A DNA stretch of 64,000 nucleotides, taken from contig CBDBCZ010000019.1 in the NCBI GenBank assembly GCA_965203295.1, positions 2,176,001-2,240,000 of the forward strand, read 5' to 3'. The stretch is from Nitrospirales bacterium (GTDB taxonomy: Bacteria; Nitrospirota; Nitrospiria; Nitrospirales; UBA8639). The position numbers and the translations under genes were made by a program. Of the stretch, positions 61,530 through 64,000 are shown in pieces; within the stretch, counting starts at the first letter, position 1; the number at the start of each line of letters is the position of its first letter. The notes under the pieces were generated by a model that worked only from the letters and a program-made list of their open reading frames with translations, had not been told where the DNA came from and did no database searches.

Positions 61530-62369
61530 TTATGAAGAAGCTTGACATTTTTTTTCCACTGGTGCGGCAAAATCTCGGCTCCATTCCCACCACGAACCAG
61601 GATAATTTCTCACATGCTCAAAACCAACGAGTTGAAAGATGAAGAAAAGCCACGCCGACCGCACGCCACCTAAACAGTAGGTAATGACCTCTTGATCCTC
61701 TCGCAAGCCGTTTTCTTCAAGATTCTTCCTGATATCTTCTAAATCTTTGACAGTCGCATCAGGGTTCAGAAATTGATTCCAGGGAATATTGAAAGCCCCA
61801 GGGATATGGCCTGACCGAGGAATACCATTGACTTCTTTGCCCGCATACTCTTCCACACTTCTGGCATCGATAAGGACCAAATCTTGGTTTGGACTCCTGA
61901 CAAGTTTTTTTAGCTCATCTTTTCCTATGATCACATCAGGACGTAAAAAGGCTTTGAAATTTCCGGGACTGGGATCGATCGAGGTATGTTCATACGGCCG
62001 TTGTTCAGCAATCCACTTGACCCACCCCCCATCCAAGACACGGACACTCTCATGGCCCAAATATTGAAGCATCCAAAACATTCGGCCCTCATCACCCCAG
62101 TTATCGAATGGATTGGAATAGATCACGATGTCACTGGAATTGTTGATCCCCAATGCTTGAAGCTTTTGTTCAATCCGCGCCATGTCCGTATCCAGAAGAC
62201 CCTTCACCGTCGCTTCTGGATCACTGTATTCGTGCCAGGTACTTTTGACCGCACCTGGAATATGGGAGGAATAGGCAGCTTTTCCTCGGACATCAATAAT
62301 CACTAAGTCCTTTCGGCCCAAGTTTTGGGCCAATGTCTCGGTATCAATGAGCAAAAAATGTTTTTTCAT
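61530..62369 (-). CDS. Tandem-domain rhodanese/sulfurtransferase
   Basis: HIPGA in both domains, LDGG, DARS, active loop YCLGGVR, YPGSWWEW. Confidence 0.92.
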   Translation of the reverse strand: MKKHFLLIDTETLAQNLGRKDLVIIDVRGKAAYSSHIPGAVKSTWHEYSDPEATVKGLLDTDMARIEQKLQALGINNSSDIVIYSNPFDNWGDEGRMFWMLQYLGHESVRVLDGGWVKWIAEQRPYEHTSIDPSPGNFKAFLRPDVIIGKDELKKLVRSPNQDLVLIDARSVEEYAGKEVNGIPRSGHIPGAFNIPWNQFLNPDATVKDLEDIRKNLEENGLREDQEVITYCLGGVRSAWLFFIFQLVGFEHVRNYPGSWWEWSRDFAAPVEKKCQASS

Positions 62370-62380
62370 TCAATTACCCC

Positions 62381-63694
62381 TTAACCAAAGTTCGGCATAG
62401 TACCTTGTTTATGAGATGGAGGACTGGAGATGTCACATCCTAATCGATCATCCATTGGCTGCTTGGCCAAGGCCACTGATAACTCAGGCCCCAGAGGAAA
62501 TTCGCGATGATAAATCGTGAAAACATAGGGGTCATCACCAGTCAGCCCATACTTATCCCTCAGCATCTCATGCTGATCATCAGTGAGGATATGATACCGA
62601 ACCCGTGCCTCAACAACCAAGTCCTGCTTCTCTCGGGGAATTTCATAAGAAAATTGATAATCCCGACTTGCCAACGGTAAGAGCCGATTATCGTATAATT
62701 CCAGGATGACCGGTTGCCAAAGAATCCAACGCCCCATCGTTTCCTCTTGGTGGTGGTAGACCTGCCCGTTGGAATCGCGAACGACAAACTCTACCGTAAA
62801 GTGCCGATCAGGGTCGCCTGTGGGAATCTTATGTCCTGCTCCAGCATTGATAAGGGTCAGAGACAGGGATACCGTCTCACCCGGCCCTGGTTCAAGAGGA
62901 TACGCCTGCACCTGAAACGCCACTGCCCGTTTAATCATCTCGGGATCATGTCCTCCACGCCACAGGTGTTGCCGACCGTGTCGAATCGGCGCTCCAGCCG
63001 CCACTGGTCTGGTGATTTCCGGCATATGGCAATCTTGGCAAATAAATCCCTTTTCCTTCACGAAAAATTCACCCTCAAACTCGGCATAGGTTCCACACGG
63101 CCCGACATTATAAAACTGAAATGGTCCGGACACGACATTATGGCAACGATAACAAATTTTGGTGGTGCGGAAATCTGGATCGAACTGAGTAGGGTGGGGT
63201 GCCACGGAGTCATCAAACGGTCCGTAAATGACGCCATCTCGCACATGGCAGGCCGCACACGTCACGCCCTCCTGTTGGTATTCAGGATCATATCTCGGAT
63301 TAGGAGTTTGCACGGCCTGTTCAACTCGATCGTTAGGAATACTGTGAATGAGAGTCGGCTGCTGATTTTCTAAGGGAGTATGGCAATTAAGGCAAACCCA
63401 GATATTCTCGTCCTTCTTCCAGTAAGCCTGGAAAAAGGGATCACCATAGGCATGAGCGTGAATGCTTGACTTCCATTCCTTGTAAATTTCTTTATGGCAC
63501 CGTCCGCATTCTTCTGCCCGCAGGCTCTCCAATCCTACGGGGATTTTTTGAAAAGGGATAGGTCGCGCGTAATCAGATCGAAGCCCGAAAATCACGGTCG
63601 GCCTCACCTCAGTGTAAAAAAAATACACGAGAAGAGGACAAAGAACGAGGAACGCGATGAAGATATTTCTGAATTTTCTCCTTTTTACGGACAT
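62381..63694 (-). CDS. Pentaheme c-type cytochrome with N-terminal membrane anchor
   Basis: CGRCH, CLNCH, CAACH, CYRCH, CQDCH; GAGHKIPTG in the C-terminal domain. Confidence 0.88.
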   Translation of the reverse strand: MSVKRRKFRNIFIAFLVLCPLLVYFFYTEVRPTVIFGLRSDYARPIPFQKIPVGLESLRAEECGRCHKEIYKEWKSSIHAHAYGDPFFQAYWKKDENIWVCLNCHTPLENQQPTLIHSIPNDRVEQAVQTPNPRYDPEYQQEGVTCAACHVRDGVIYGPFDDSVAPHPTQFDPDFRTTKICYRCHNVVSGPFQFYNVGPCGTYAEFEGEFFVKEKGFICQDCHMPEITRPVAAGAPIRHGRQHLWRGGHDPEMIKRAVAFQVQAYPLEPGPGETVSLSLTLINAGAGHKIPTGDPDRHFTVEFVVRDSNGQVYHHQEETMGRWILWQPVILELYDNRLLPLASRDYQFSYEIPREKQDLVVEARVRYHILTDDQHEMLRDKYGLTGDDPYVFTIYHREFPLGPELSVALAKQPMDDRLGCDISSPPSHKQGTMPNFG

Positions 63695-63791
63695 TGAAGC
63701 ACGCTCCAGGAAATTCAAAAAAGCAGATGGCGACAGTTGCTAAAATGTATCCTCTCTCAGAAAACCCCAAAGCTCTACGCCCCGTGAGTCA

Positions 63792-64000
63792 TTAAGCATG
63801 CAGTAAAGATCGGACATGATGGTCAACCGACGAAGCCAATGCTTTCAAGTTATAGCCACCCTCCAAACAGGAAATAATGCGACTCGAGGCATGTTGTCTC
63901 GCAATCCTCGCAATAATGTTCGTCAAGGTTGCGTACCCTGTGTCAGTCAAATCCATACTCGCCAAAGGGTCATCTCGGTGAGCATCAAATCCCGCGGAAA
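63792..64000 (-). CDS. Histone deacetylase-family amidohydrolase, C-terminal part (5' end outside the window)
   Basis: Manual translation SAGFDAHRDDPLAS...SCLEGGYNL. Confidence 0.9.
   Translation of the reverse strand, partial: SAGFDAHRDDPLASMDLTDTGYATLTNIIARIARQHASSRIISCLEGGYNLKALASSVDHHVRSLLHA

Overview
Chromosomal window from a Nitrospirota bacterium, most likely a Nitrospira-like nitrite oxidiser (inferred from gene content and protein style). It holds ion-homeostasis genes (SulP, NhaD) around a decayed sigma54 two-component module, tadA, three tRNAs (Ser, Thr, Cys) and ubiA. A ~11.6 kb respiratory operon encodes two cytochrome bd-like oxidase subunits, Rieske/cytochrome b, five c-type cytochromes and an EbdC/NxrC-like heme b protein. 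Further along are a hopanoid/MEP cluster (shc, hpnG-like, hpnM/mlaC-like, dxs, ispG, hpnH), pilin, dnaB, hisZ, serA, serC, a ThyX-like gene, lnt-prfB-lysS-lolE-lolD, a GC-rich foreign ORFan, uppP, smbP and a pentaheme cytochrome-rhodanese pair. Main discoveries: (1) two length-identical copies of a 94-nt riboswitch-like leader (conserved core plus overlapping terminator) upstream of sulP and nhaD; (2) a proteobacterial-type serC between fossil N- and C-termini of the aminotransferase gene it apparently replaced; (3) a complete sigma54 promoter (UAS-IHF--24/-12) pointing at an unannotated 23-aa membrane peptide; (4) inactivating lesions confined to non-essential genes. All calls were made by eye without database searches.
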